Virus record (IMG/VR): IMGVR_UViG_2617270943_000003
Span: 1-53,880 of that record
Length of the DNA stretch: 53,880 bases
From: a virus
Taxonomy: Duplodnaviria > Heunggongvirae > Uroviricota > Caudoviricetes
Direction: 5' to 3' (one strand)
Position 1 is the first letter of the stretch. Every line of letters starts with the position of its first letter. Of the stretch, positions 1 through 9,451 are shown piece after piece. The notes beneath the pieces were generated by a model. It had not been told where the DNA came from. It saw only the letters and a program-made list of their open reading frames with translations, and searched no databases. A program made the position numbers and the translations under genes.

Positions 1-36
1 ATGCGTAAAATGTGTGTACCAAATAGTGACCAAATT

Positions 37-1236
37 ATGCTTACAGATACCAAATTACGAAACATCCACGGCAAGCCATATGACGGCCCGGAAGAAGTCC
101 CGGACGCTGGCGGATTGTCTGCCAGGATAAGCCCGCGCGGAGTTATATCTTTCCAGTATCGCTACCGATTCAACGGCAAGCCTCGACGGATGAAGATCGG
201 CACATACGGAGAAATAACACTCAAAGAAGCCCGCGCGGCGGTGGCGGAGCATAAGGAAGTCTTAAACTCAGGACGAGATCCATCGATCGTAAAAAGAATG
301 AACTTGTCACGCGTTACGACACGGGCAACGATTGAAGATATTGTTAGGGAGTACATGGAATCACCGCAGGCAAGAAACATGGTCAACTATAAGCAAGTCG
401 AGGCGATGCTAAGTAAGCACATTGTCAGACCATGCGGTAGCTATATCGTCGATGATATGGACTCCATAATGTGGGAGGGGATTTTTAGAAAGGTAGCTAA
501 TGGTGGCGCGCCCGTTCAGGCAGGGATAGTCTTAAACAGGATGAAGGCGGTGATAAAATATGCCATGCGACGCCGCCGCGTGGAGCGTGACGACATATCA
601 TTGCTACGCGTGAAAGACGTAGGCAAAAACCCGGCGCAAAGGAAACGCGTCTTATCAATACAAGAGATTCACCATCTAATCAGCATTATAGACAGTTCAA
701 AAATGGCGCGGCTAAATCAGATATTGATGAAGCTGATTATATTCACCGGATGCAGAACAAGCGAACTAACAAACGCAAGGCGCGAACATTTCGATCTTGA
801 TAACTGCGTGTGGACCGTGCCGGGTGCATTGAGTAAGAACAGAAATGAGTTTAAGCGCGGTTTATCCGACGTTAGCGTAGGTTTATTGCGTGAAGCTATG
901 GATTTGCACGGCTTTAATTTTATCTTCGTTCCAGTGCTTTCTGGAAGGGATGAAGCGGTAGACAGGAGCGTGCCGAAAACAGCCGCAAGGGATTTGATGC
1001 TAAGGATGGGCGGCGAGCCGTGGTCGTGTCACGATCTACGCCGCACTGCAAGGACAAACCTTTCAGCGCTTGGCATTGCGCCGCACGTAGCCGAAAAGGT
1101 TTTAGGTCATAAACTGGCGGGAATGATGGCTATATATGATCAGTATGATTATGTGAGGGAGCAAATCGAGGCGATGAATAAACTGGCTGATTACTACATG
1201 AAGCCCATTGATTTACAAAATGAAATAACATCCTGA
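37..1236 (+). CDS. int: Tyrosine recombinase / phage integrase (P4-type, N-terminal arm-binding domain)
   Basis: Translation begins MLTDTKLRN (ATG at 37, typical P4-family integrase N-terminus) and ends with the catalytic region HDLRRTARTNLS...LGH...Y. The track ORF extends upstream to position 1. Confidence 0.9.
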   Translation: MLTDTKLRNIHGKPYDGPEEVPDAGGLSARISPRGVISFQYRYRFNGKPRRMKIGTYGEITLKEARAAVAEHKEVLNSGRDPSIVKRMNLSRVTTRATIEDIVREYMESPQARNMVNYKQVEAMLSKHIVRPCGSYIVDDMDSIMWEGIFRKVANGGAPVQAGIVLNRMKAVIKYAMRRRRVERDDISLLRVKDVGKNPAQRKRVLSIQEIHHLISIIDSSKMARLNQILMKLIIFTGCRTSELTNARREHFDLDNCVWTVPGALSKNRNEFKRGLSDVSVGLLREAMDLHGFNFIFVPVLSGRDEAVDRSVPKTAARDLMLRMGGEPWSCHDLRRTARTNLSALGIAPHVAEKVLGHKLAGMMAIYDQYDYVREQIEAMNKLADYYMKPIDLQNEITS

Positions 1237-1412
1237 TAACGGTAAAGAGATCCGCCGCGCTTTAATGCTGGCATCCCCTTAACAGGTTCAGGGAAAGGAG
1301 TTCCAGCATCTTTCCATTTTTTAACGAGCTTAAAAAAGGCGGACTTGCTAAGCCCGCCTAACATTTTTTGCACTTGCTCACGATTAATAAGGATTGTCCC
1401 GATCTTATCCAT
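1194..1412 (-). CDS. Excisionase / AlpA-like small DNA-binding protein
   Basis: 72 aa basic protein with HTH-like core (LSKSAFFKLVKKWKDAGTPFPEPVK), convergent with int and overlapping its 3' end, as expected for an excisionase. Confidence 0.55.
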   Translation of the reverse strand: MDKIGTILINREQVQKMLGGLSKSAFFKLVKKWKDAGTPFPEPVKGMPALKRGGSLYRYQDVISFCKSMGFM

Positions 1413-2059
1413 TACTTATCCCCCGTGTATTCAACGTGTCCGATACATCCATCGATAATAGCTTGCGCCATATTGCGATAATCACGCGAATAATCATTAT
1501 CATGATTGAAATCTATTTCTCCTGCCGCATCCTCACCAATAACCTTCGTAGCCAGAGCAAACGCAATTTGCGCCAGTGCTTTTTCTTTCGGATCAACGTA
1601 TAAATAATAATTATAAAGACCCCATTCAATAGCATTTTCTTTCTGTATACTGCCTTTTTCTGTGTATACCCCGTATTTATCACCGATAAATTTAAACATT
1701 AAAATCCCAATGTGATAGCCATCAGGATAATAACAATCAAGCCACACGCCGCACGGAGGCTTTTCTCCTGGCTTCCATTCCGTAACTTCCGTTTTATCGC
1801 AATCATGACGTTCATCTTCGATTAATTCATCAATGATTTCACTTTCTTTATTCATACCGTCATCATCCTTTTCAGAGAAACGTATAAAGCGCCACGTATT
1901 AGCCATCAACGTATAAGATTCGCCGCCAACCTTAGATCCGGCGTAATACTCCGTCCCAAAATCGTAATAACTTGAAAACGTGGTTACTTCAAAAGGCTGA
2001 ATATCACCACGGAAGCGGTGGAACATTGCGCCTATTGCAAAAGGGGTTTTCTTCGTCAT
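1412..2059 (-). CDS. Hypothetical protein
   Basis: 215 aa ORF, start overlaps the stop of the upstream gene; no motif recognised. Confidence 0.5.
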   Translation of the reverse strand: MTKKTPFAIGAMFHRFRGDIQPFEVTTFSSYYDFGTEYYAGSKVGGESYTLMANTWRFIRFSEKDDDGMNKESEIIDELIEDERHDCDKTEVTEWKPGEKPPCGVWLDCYYPDGYHIGILMFKFIGDKYGVYTEKGSIQKENAIEWGLYNYYLYVDPKEKALAQIAFALATKVIGEDAAGEIDFNHDNDYSRDYRNMAQAIIDGCIGHVEYTGDK

Positions 2060-2060
2060 A

Positions 2061-2222
2061 TTACGCCACCGTTACATTGTCAACCTTAATGTAATATTCA
2101 GGGTTGTTTTCTATTTCAGATTTAAACTTAGAAAAACATTCCCGCCATTCATGGGCTTGATTATTGAAGTAGTACACCGTATGGCGTTCTATTTTGTACA
2201 AAATCCCCGTTGATTTAGCCAT
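2061..2222 (-). CDS. Small hypothetical protein (53 aa)
   Basis: ORF MAKSTGILYKIERHTVYYFNNQAHEWRECFSKF... found by manual translation; it fills the gap between two leftward genes and contains the palindrome ATTTTGTACAAAAT. Confidence 0.3.
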   Translation of the reverse strand: MAKSTGILYKIERHTVYYFNNQAHEWRECFSKFKSEIENNPEYYIKVDNVTVA

Positions 2223-2236
2223 GTAATAACTAACCA

Positions 2237-2668
2237 TCATTGCCCCCAGCGTTTTATAAATTCCTCGTTTAATTTCGTATCACCCGACCATTGAACATCA
2301 TGTTCAGCACCGAACGAGTAGATCAATTCGATTAGTTCGCTGAATTCTGATTTACTCATTCGACTTGTAGACGTTCCCAATACAACGAAGCCTGATTTAT
2401 CTAGGTTAGGGACTACGCCATATTTCTTAAGTCCGGCAGTGAATACCGCTTTCCAGTCTTCCGGCGACAGCTTTTTACCGTACCAATTAACCTGATCGCT
2501 AATGTCGGTCAATAGCGCCCAAAGCAACGCATTTTGGCTTAGCGAGCGGGTTTTCTCCTGGATGGTGATTATCAGCGGGCTTTTGCTATCAGGCTGGATC
2601 TCTCTTATCTGCCTGATAGCATTTTCTTTCACGGCGTCGTTGACTATCTCAAATCTAATTTGCCGCAT
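2237..2668 (-). CDS. ninB: NinB / Orf-family recombination protein
   Basis: MRQIRFEIVNDAVKENAIRQI...TIQEKTRSLSQNALLWALLTDISDQVNWYGKKLSPEDWK...VVPNL...FVVLGTSTSRMSKSEF matches lambda NinB nearly position for position; start taken at the internal Met. Confidence 0.85.
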   Translation of the reverse strand: MRQIRFEIVNDAVKENAIRQIREIQPDSKSPLIITIQEKTRSLSQNALLWALLTDISDQVNWYGKKLSPEDWKAVFTAGLKKYGVVPNLDKSGFVVLGTSTSRMSKSEFSELIELIYSFGAEHDVQWSGDTKLNEEFIKRWGQ

Positions 2669-2882
2669 TATTTCTTTTCGCCTTATTTTTCGCTTTGTAT
2701 TCCTGCCAACTTTCCCAGCGCGCATTTATAATTGCATCAAGACTAATCAATTTTGAAGAAGTCATAAAAGCGCCTTTTAAATATTTCATATCAACCGTAA
2801 CAGGTTTATCAGGATCACCGCCGCGCTTGTATTCCGCGATCGTGCTTAAATCCTCCACGGTCAATTCTAAATCCTTGTTCAT
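2655..2882 (-). CDS. Hypothetical protein
   Basis: 75 aa ORF in the leftward operon, small overlap with ninB start. Confidence 0.4.
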   Translation of the reverse strand: MNKDLELTVEDLSTIAEYKRGGDPDKPVTVDMKYLKGAFMTSSKLISLDAIINARWESWQEYKAKNKAKRNNAAN

Positions 2883-2891
2883 AATTCCCCC

Positions 2892-3098
2892 TTACACAAT
2901 CCGCATTGTGTTTCGTAATTCACCGCGCAACGCCCGTAATGCATCGCGCATTGGCACAAAAACCCGGTTAAATTTTACGTGTTTATATTTCCGCATCAGT
3001 GGCGGTGTATACACCTTTGCGTCGTATACTTCCCACGGATAATAAACGCGCGTATCGTCGACAAACGTTTCAACTGAATAAAAGATTACCCGTCTCAT
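2892..3098 (-). CDS. Hypothetical protein
   Basis: 68 aa ORF, stop/start overlap with the upstream gene suggests an operon. Confidence 0.4.
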   Translation of the reverse strand: MRRVIFYSVETFVDDTRVYYPWEVYDAKVYTPPLMRKYKHVKFNRVFVPMRDALRALRGELRNTMRIV

Positions 3099-3652
3099 AA
3101 TTCTAACCCCGTTTCACCGTTAAGTTTTTCGATCTCAAATACTGGTTTATCCGGTAACAGGCCGTTATTTTTCCGGTATTCATTCAGGCGGCTGTCAAAA
3201 TCAAACGCGAGATCATTAGCGTGACCAAAGCGCCCAGGTTTAAACAGTGAGTAAAAGTTAAGGCCGTGTTTATTGGTGTCTATGCAAAGCGTTTCATCAA
3301 GTACCATTAAACGCAGCGTGCGCGACAGGTAATTCCACGGGATACCAGTTTCCGCGCTAATGTCACGCATACGCTTCTTAACGCTGTAGTCACTAAATAA
3401 CGCCGCCACACGATCACGACGTTGTGCATACAAATATTTAATTCGATACCCCAATAATCTGCGGCGCGGTCCGAAATATGTATATACACGCTCGACAATA
3501 CCAGTATCAATCAAGTGTTTAATTGTCTCAGGCAAACATCCGGCTTCGTCATATTCCGCTGATAATCCGGTTTTCTGGCGTAGCTGGTGCATTGTTGCGA
3601 TGCCGTCCAGTTCAAGGATATTGATAACTTTTGTTTCAAGTTCAATGCTCAT
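3095..3652 (-). CDS. Hypothetical protein (possible winged-helix domain)
   Basis: ORF 3095-3688; start placed at MSIELETK (3652), which has GAGG upstream. Confidence 0.45.
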   Translation of the reverse strand: MSIELETKVINILELDGIATMHQLRQKTGLSAEYDEAGCLPETIKHLIDTGIVERVYTYFGPRRRLLGYRIKYLYAQRRDRVAALFSDYSVKKRMRDISAETGIPWNYLSRTLRLMVLDETLCIDTNKHGLNFYSLFKPGRFGHANDLAFDFDSRLNEYRKNNGLLPDKPVFEIEKLNGETGLEL

Positions 3653-3731
3653 TGTTTTTCGCCTCGTTTTAAGCGCGAAAACAGCCACCAGAAAGAGATC
3701 AACTTTCCGGTAAGCCGTTTGCTCAAGTTAA

Positions 3732-5153
3732 TTAAAAGGATGCGTTATTCTGGTTATTTCGTGGGGAGAATCGGCTTGCTGCCGGACGTTGTTGCATTGA
3801 CTGGATGCAGGCGGACGCCGCGCGAGCCTGGTTGCATGGAATGATGTTGCCGTTATCGTCAAACCACTGGTAAACAGTCCCCGTTTTCCCGTGACGGTTT
3901 TTTGAAACGATGATCTCCATGTATTCGCGGGCAACCGATTGTTCGTTGTAGTAGCCGTCGCGGTAGACCATGATGATCCGGTCTGCGTCCTGTTCAAGAT
4001 TACCGGAATCACGCAGATCAGAATTGTTCGGGCGCTTGTTCGGTCGTTCCTCAACGCGGCGGGATAATTGCGCCAGCGCCGCCACTGGCACGCGCAACTC
4101 TTTCGCCATCATTTTCAATGACCACGACAATTGCCCTACGGCGAGATCATGACGTTCGGCCTTAGCCAGCTTCATTAACCCGATGTAGTCAATCATTACC
4201 ATCCCCAGGTTAGGATGGTCCTGTTTCATCCGTTCGACGGTGGCGCGTATTTCCTCGACCGTTAACTGCGATGCGTCAACAATCCACACATCGAGATCGG
4301 CAAGGGCACTCATTCCCTGGGCGACGTGCGCCCAACCTTCGTCATCCAGTTTTACCGGATTACGTAGGCAATCCGTTGATAAGTTCCCAGCGCCAGCGAT
4401 AGCACGTTCAGTCATCTGATCGAGCGACATTTCAAGCGTGAACAGCAAAACGCCGACCCGCTGACCTTCGCCGCCAGGGTATGGACGTTCAGCCGCCGCG
4501 CGGGCAATTGCCAACGCCAACGCCGATTTACCAGACCCCGGACGTCCGGCGATAAGCACCAGATCAGTAGCGTTAATGCCTCCTAACATTTCGTCGAGTG
4601 GGTCAATCCCTGTTTTGATGTTGTCAGAGTTCACGCCACACTCCATGCGTTTACTTAGCACTTCCGTGTACTCCTGTACCGCGTCGCGCAACAGCACCGG
4701 AATAATCTTGTCTTTCGTTACTTTTAATTTTGAATACCGGGAATCAAAATATTTCATCGTCTCCCTGACAGCTTCAAGTGTCCCGGTTTCCAGGTTGTAG
4801 CGTATATCGTCCATCAGTTCCAACATTTGCCGCCGCTGATATTCCTCCTGTAATAGAGCGGCGTACCCCTTAAGGTTGGCAGCAGATGGACACGATCGCG
4901 CCGTTTGCATTAGCGGGACAAAATTTTCGTTACCGATTTCATCACCGACCATCAGAGCGTCAATAAGGTTTCTGTTTCTTGCTTGCGCCCGGATGATCTC
5001 AAACGCTCGTTTATATAGTGGAATGGTGAAGACTTCAGGATCGAGCGTAGCAAGAACATCTTGCGCGTTAGGAGTAAGCCCGCCCAACAGGAGGCCACCT
5101 ATCACGGCCGCTTCCCGTTCCTGGCGTAATGAGTTTATTTGCTCAGTCACCAT
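3732..5153 (-). CDS. Replicative DNA helicase, DnaB family
   Basis: DnaB N-terminal domain (AAVIGGLLLGG...KRAFEI), Walker A GRPGSGKSALALAIA, Walker B VMIDYIGLM, and DnaB C-terminal motifs (SRRVEERPNKRPNNSDLRDSGNLEQDADRIIMVYRD). Confidence 0.9.
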   Translation of the reverse strand: MVTEQINSLRQEREAAVIGGLLLGGLTPNAQDVLATLDPEVFTIPLYKRAFEIIRAQARNRNLIDALMVGDEIGNENFVPLMQTARSCPSAANLKGYAALLQEEYQRRQMLELMDDIRYNLETGTLEAVRETMKYFDSRYSKLKVTKDKIIPVLLRDAVQEYTEVLSKRMECGVNSDNIKTGIDPLDEMLGGINATDLVLIAGRPGSGKSALALAIARAAAERPYPGGEGQRVGVLLFTLEMSLDQMTERAIAGAGNLSTDCLRNPVKLDDEGWAHVAQGMSALADLDVWIVDASQLTVEEIRATVERMKQDHPNLGMVMIDYIGLMKLAKAERHDLAVGQLSWSLKMMAKELRVPVAALAQLSRRVEERPNKRPNNSDLRDSGNLEQDADRIIMVYRDGYYNEQSVAREYMEIIVSKNRHGKTGTVYQWFDDNGNIIPCNQARAASACIQSMQQRPAASRFSPRNNQNNASF

Positions 5154-5171
5154 TATGGTATTGCCTCCTGT

Positions 5172-6290
5172 TTACAAAATGGAATATTCAGGGTAATAAA
5201 CAAAGCGCCCGATCTCCCCGTGATCAGGACTGTAAATTATTACCGCCGCCAGCCGCCGCGACCGCCAGCCGCCATTCGTTGAATAAGCGTCTTTGCCAGC
5301 TAACGTGCCGTGGTACTCAACAACGCCCAACGATGATTCAATCAGCCGTTGGTGATGCCAGTGTCCACAATGAGCGTAAACAGACGACGACTTGCCGAAA
5401 TCCTCCCGCCAGTCAGAAACGCAGGCAGAAAGTAAATTTTCTGGCTTTTTGATAGTGTGCCCGTGGTGGTAAGCAAGAAATGTTTTGCCGTACTGTGTGT
5501 GATGGACGATAGCAGGTGACACATCAACCGTCACACGCGGTTCATCTTCGTAAAAAGCCGCCAGCGCAGCACGTAGCCAGATCATACCTGATTGGTCGTG
5601 ATTACCGGATAATACTTGGATCTCGACATCCTTATGATTTAGTAACATCTTCCCGACCGCACGCCGGACCGACCGGATCGCCACGTAAACAAGTTTTGCG
5701 TAGCGTGAATCACAATCCAAAACGTGATTACTTGATGGCGTCACTGGTAACAGTCCGTCAGTGTGGAGCACATCCCCTCCTAACAGCAAAACAGCTTTTT
5801 CAGACATCGGTGCAGCGCCTACCGCGTAGTCGAAGAAGTCATTTAGCACGCGTTCAGCGATCCCGGTGTCGTAGCTCTCACCGCATTCAGCTTTATGAGC
5901 AAGCGCCCCGATATGCAGATCGAATACCGGATAAAGGGCCAGGCTTTTTTGAAAATCAATTTCCGGCACTGGCACGGCCTCCGCGCGGGGTATTTCTTCC
6001 GTGAAGGCGTCACAAGCAGATTGCATTAGCATTTCCATTTCATCGCGGTCACGGGCTGTTTTAATCCAGCGCATAATCACATTGCCATCCTTATCGACGA
6101 GCAATGACTCAGCATTGACGCCAAAACCCGGTGCGCGGCGCGTGGATATTAAACCGCGTTTCGCCAACCGTGCGCCCAGGCGTTCGACGTTGCGTTTTGC
6201 CATGCCATATTTTTCTGCGATCTGTTTATACGTCAGACCGTTATTATGTTCAGCGATTAACTGTTCATCGCTGATCTTTCTTTGTGACAT
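5172..6290 (-). CDS. HTH domain fused to calcineurin-like metallophosphoesterase
   Basis: N-terminal HTH (LTYKQIAEKYGMAKRNVERLGARLAKRGLI) and metallophosphatase motifs in canonical order: DLH, GGDVLHTD, GNHD, HHGH, GHWHH. Confidence 0.7.
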   Translation of the reverse strand: MSQRKISDEQLIAEHNNGLTYKQIAEKYGMAKRNVERLGARLAKRGLISTRRAPGFGVNAESLLVDKDGNVIMRWIKTARDRDEMEMLMQSACDAFTEEIPRAEAVPVPEIDFQKSLALYPVFDLHIGALAHKAECGESYDTGIAERVLNDFFDYAVGAAPMSEKAVLLLGGDVLHTDGLLPVTPSSNHVLDCDSRYAKLVYVAIRSVRRAVGKMLLNHKDVEIQVLSGNHDQSGMIWLRAALAAFYEDEPRVTVDVSPAIVHHTQYGKTFLAYHHGHTIKKPENLLSACVSDWREDFGKSSSVYAHCGHWHHQRLIESSLGVVEYHGTLAGKDAYSTNGGWRSRRLAAVIIYSPDHGEIGRFVYYPEYSIL

Positions 6291-6451
6291 AACGTTAATT
6301 CCTCCGGTTTACAGAATGTATATTTATTTTCCGTAAAACGCGCTACAACGCAAAAACCCACCGCGTAACCCACTTGTAAGGGTGCAGTGTCTTTTTTGCG
6401 CCAGAAGCGCAATCAGGTGGCTAATTTTCGATTTTTAAGGTAGAAGGGTAG

Positions 6452-6553
6452 TTATGGATTAACTAGTAGATATAAGCCGCCGAACAAGGCGACGTTAACA
6501 GCGATAGCCATCGCGATCGCGAAAGCCAGGGCGAACATGCGTTTACCGTTCAT
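6452..6553 (-). CDS. Putative small hydrophobic peptide (33 aa)
   Basis: MNGKRMFALAFAIAMAIAVNVALFGGLYLLVNP with GAGAGGA Shine-Dalgarno-like sequence upstream; lies in an otherwise ORF-free 350-bp intergenic region. Confidence 0.25.
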   Translation of the reverse strand: MNGKRMFALAFAIAMAIAVNVALFGGLYLLVNP

Positions 6554-6686
6554 AGCTAAATCCTCTCTGAAACGCTCCATAACGAGCTAATCGCAAAAAG
6601 GTAAGCAAGTGTAGCACCCCATGCGATTTAGCTCGCTGGTGAGGTTGTTTTGTGGGTAATTTTGGATTTTTGCGGATCGTAATTGG

Positions 6687-7739
6687 TCAAAGAACGCCAG
6701 CGCGCGTATCACGTAGCGTTTTTGGTTTAAGCAGAAAATCAAGTGTCGCAGTGAAGCCATTGCCGAAGTAAAAATCTGAAGCCGTGTTTTTGAACGTTTC
6801 GAAGTAGGCGACAAAGCCGTTAATGCTTTTGTCTTTCAGGTAGTCAGTGAACGCATAGATCTTGCGTTCAAGATCCCGATCCAGTTCGGCAGGTGGTAAC
6901 AGGCCGTCAAACGTGCTGTTAAATGCTTCCACCACGTCGGCAGCGTTTACAGTAGCTGATAGCTTGCGCCATTGTTCAGCATCAGCCAAATACCCATCAA
7001 ACTTAGTTACCCGGCAAATGTTGATAGGCTTAGGTGTTCCACCACGGCTACGCCATTGCGTTAAAGCCCACTCAATCACTAATGTGATCTCATCCTCCGT
7101 ATACGCTTTACGTGTTTTTGTTTCTGTCAGTAGTTCTACGAATGGCTTAGCATCACGACATTTGCATCCTGCCTTGTCGTTGTAGAAGGCAAGGCAACGC
7201 AATGCCGCTTCGTTTACGCCATCCTGATTGACCATTTTTTGTTCATTTTCGACAATACACGAAGTGTATATATCTTTTTCTCTTTCTTTTTCTACTTCTA
7301 ATTCTAATTCATGACCCTTTCCTGACCCGGTCATGACCCTATCATGACCTTTTTGTGTTGGATTGATTAACTTTTCTAATTTTAATTGCTCCTTCGCTGT
7401 GTTTATGGCGGCCCTGTAAGCGCTTTTAGAAGTCATTGATTGGTCCAGCCTTTTCAATAACTTTAAACAAGTTATGTGGCCTTGAGAACATTCAAACAAA
7501 CCAATTTCGATGAAGTATTTCATCATTTCTTCTATACGTTTTTCAGTAGATCCGACGTTTCGCGCAATTATTCTTGCGTCATGTCGTAGGTCAAAAGTTA
7601 GATTGTGCTGATCTACGTCATAAGTTATTAGTTCTAGGCAATACCAATAAAGCCCGTACCCTTCCAGGCCATAATCTAATAAAACGTTTTGAAGTTTTTC
7701 ATCGCGGTTCGCATCGCTATCATGCTTAAACCACTTCAT
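6687..7739 (-). CDS. Phage replication initiation / replisome organizer protein (DUF4373-like N-terminus)
   Basis: N-terminus MKWFKHDSDANRDEKL...YGLYWYCLEL is characteristic of phage replication organizer proteins; it sits upstream of the DnaB-like helicase in the same operon. Confidence 0.65.
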   Translation of the reverse strand: MKWFKHDSDANRDEKLQNVLLDYGLEGYGLYWYCLELITYDVDQHNLTFDLRHDARIIARNVGSTEKRIEEMMKYFIEIGLFECSQGHITCLKLLKRLDQSMTSKSAYRAAINTAKEQLKLEKLINPTQKGHDRVMTGSGKGHELELEVEKEREKDIYTSCIVENEQKMVNQDGVNEAALRCLAFYNDKAGCKCRDAKPFVELLTETKTRKAYTEDEITLVIEWALTQWRSRGGTPKPINICRVTKFDGYLADAEQWRKLSATVNAADVVEAFNSTFDGLLPPAELDRDLERKIYAFTDYLKDKSINGFVAYFETFKNTASDFYFGNGFTATLDFLLKPKTLRDTRAGVL

Positions 7740-7742
7740 AGA

Positions 7743-7997
7743 TCATTCCTCCGGCAATGCAATGTCATAAATGTCGCCGTATTCGTCAGCGCGTTTAATG
7801 AATCCTTTGCGGATCAATGAATTTAAAGCGTCAACAGTAGTATGCAGTGGCAGTTCGCACACTTTTGCGATCTCTTCGCGTGAAGCATGTGCGCGGCCTT
7901 TGTTGTCTGCCTTTTCTGCAAACGCAATTAAGACAAGTTTTTGGATCGGGCTGTTAAGTTTTACGTTCCATACTTCATTCATCATGTGCATACTCAT
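7743..7997 (-). CDS. Small HTH DNA-binding protein (first gene of leftward operon, Cro-like position)
   Basis: 84 aa, winged-helix-like segment SREEIAKVCELPLHTTVDALNSLIRKGFI; divergent from the repressor gene; AGGAGA Shine-Dalgarno-like sequence upstream. Confidence 0.45.
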   Translation of the reverse strand: MSMHMMNEVWNVKLNSPIQKLVLIAFAEKADNKGRAHASREEIAKVCELPLHTTVDALNSLIRKGFIKRADEYGDIYDIALPEE

Positions 7998-8303
7998 CTT
8001 GTTTTTCTCCTATGGTTAGAGTGAACGCGCGGGCGGGCATCCCATTAGCATTAGATAGCAGTGACTGACCGCTGAACAGATCCCGCCGTTGCGTGATATT
8101 TGTTTTTCGCTTCGCAGCGACACCGGGTTTTTAAAGAGCTTAAGGTATGTGCCTTTTTGTGCCTTCCGTTATCTTTTTCCTTGCGTCTTTGCAAGTATGG
8201 CCTTACCTTGTCTGCAAGTTTACAAAATGGAATTTTAAGATCAAGGCTTAAAATACACGTTTTGTGACTTGCATCAAACTTTTTGAGGTTATAGGGTAGC
8301 GAC

Positions 8304-8951
8304 ATGAAAACAAAATGGTATGACTTAGCAAAGCAGCTCATGCGGGCGCAGGGCATGAGTCAGGATTCACTCGCAGATCTCATGGGGATAACTAAAGGCG
8401 GCCTGTCACACTGGCTTAACGGTCGCCGCGAGCCAAATCTTGAAGATATTGCGCGGATTATGCGGGCGCTTGGGCGTCGTCAGTTCACTGTTACACATGA
8501 TGGTATGGTCATTGATGATTCTGTTTCTAATACACTTCAGGCCGCACCGCCGCGTGATTTAGGTAGTTACCCGGTTATTGACTGGAAGGACACAGTAAAC
8601 AATATGGATGACACAAGGCGATCAGCATTACCACACGTTACGACTAGCGTTATTTGTTCAGATGATAGTTACTGGCTGGTTGCCAAAGGTGAATCAATGA
8701 ACGCGCCGCAGGGGTTGAGCATCCCGGCGGGGACGATGATACTTGTTGACCCGCACGCGCCAGCTATTGACGGCAAACTGGTTATAGCCCAGCTTGAGGA
8801 AGGGCAGATACCGACGTTTAAACAGTTGATTATTGATGGAGGTCAAAGGCTTTTACGTTCGCTCAATCCGCTGTATCCGCCAATCCCTATGAATCCAGAA
8901 TCAAAAATTATAGGCGTGGTGGTTGATGCGAAGATCGTAAACCTGCCATAA
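8304..8951 (+). CDS. cI: CI-like prophage repressor (XRE HTH + LexA/S24 peptidase domain)
   Basis: N-terminal HTH (MSQDSLADLMGITKGGLSHWLNGRREP) and C-terminal S24 autopeptidase motifs (AKGESM, catalytic Lys in VVDAKIV). Confidence 0.9.
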   Translation: MKTKWYDLAKQLMRAQGMSQDSLADLMGITKGGLSHWLNGRREPNLEDIARIMRALGRRQFTVTHDGMVIDDSVSNTLQAAPPRDLGSYPVIDWKDTVNNMDDTRRSALPHVTTSVICSDDSYWLVAKGESMNAPQGLSIPAGTMILVDPHAPAIDGKLVIAQLEEGQIPTFKQLIIDGGQRLLRSLNPLYPPIPMNPESKIIGVVVDAKIVNLP

Positions 8952-8956
8952 ACATT

Positions 8957-8981
8957 AGCCGCCGAATGGCGGCTTTTCTTT
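8957..8981 (+). terminator. Rho-independent terminator after repressor gene
   Basis: Hairpin AGCCGCC-GAAT-GGCGGCT followed by TTTCTTT. Confidence 0.55.
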
Positions 8982-9073
8982 GCCTGGAAAACACCAAAAC
9001 GTAAACAGAAAACGTTATTTATTATTTAAATATCAATGGCATATAAAATATTTTAAAAAAGTATACAAAATGG

Positions 9074-9102
9074 ATTGACTCGGTGTTTTACGGGGCGTAT
9101 AT
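9074..9102 (+). promoter_or_regulatory. Sigma70-like promoter (TTGACT-17bp-TATATT) for the rightward early operon
   Basis: Consensus-like -35 and -10 with 17-bp spacing; flanked by the inverted repeat TTGACTCG/CGAGTCAA (9074-9111) and preceded by GTATACAAAATGG. Confidence 0.4.
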
Positions 9103-9451
9103 TGCGAGTCAAAGGAAGGGCGCAGGTAACAAAAGCAACTTCCTGGCACTTTAAAAATCAGGCTTAACACCTTGTCAACCGTGGAGTAACTCCCCGATGG
9201 GGGACCGAAAGCGGCACTGATAACAAGGCGCATGGGGTGTTTAAAGCGTTACATCCCCCACGAAACCGCACGCAAGGCGACGAGTCAGCTTGCTTGGAGT
9301 GAGCAAGGTCACGCCGGGAACGGCGATGATTGCGGGATTAGTTGAAAGATGTTAAGCCGCTCATTAACAATCTGGTCAGCCGCTGGAAGTGCGGCAATTA
9401 ACGAAGATGATTTTTTATTAAGTGTCATCAAGGATATACGGAGATCAGATT

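Noticed and set aside
8051-8356. 101-aa minus-strand ORF spanning the repressor/Cro-like intergenic region
   Set aside because: It overlaps the promoter/operator region and the 5' end of the CI-like gene and has no ribosome-binding site; considered spurious.
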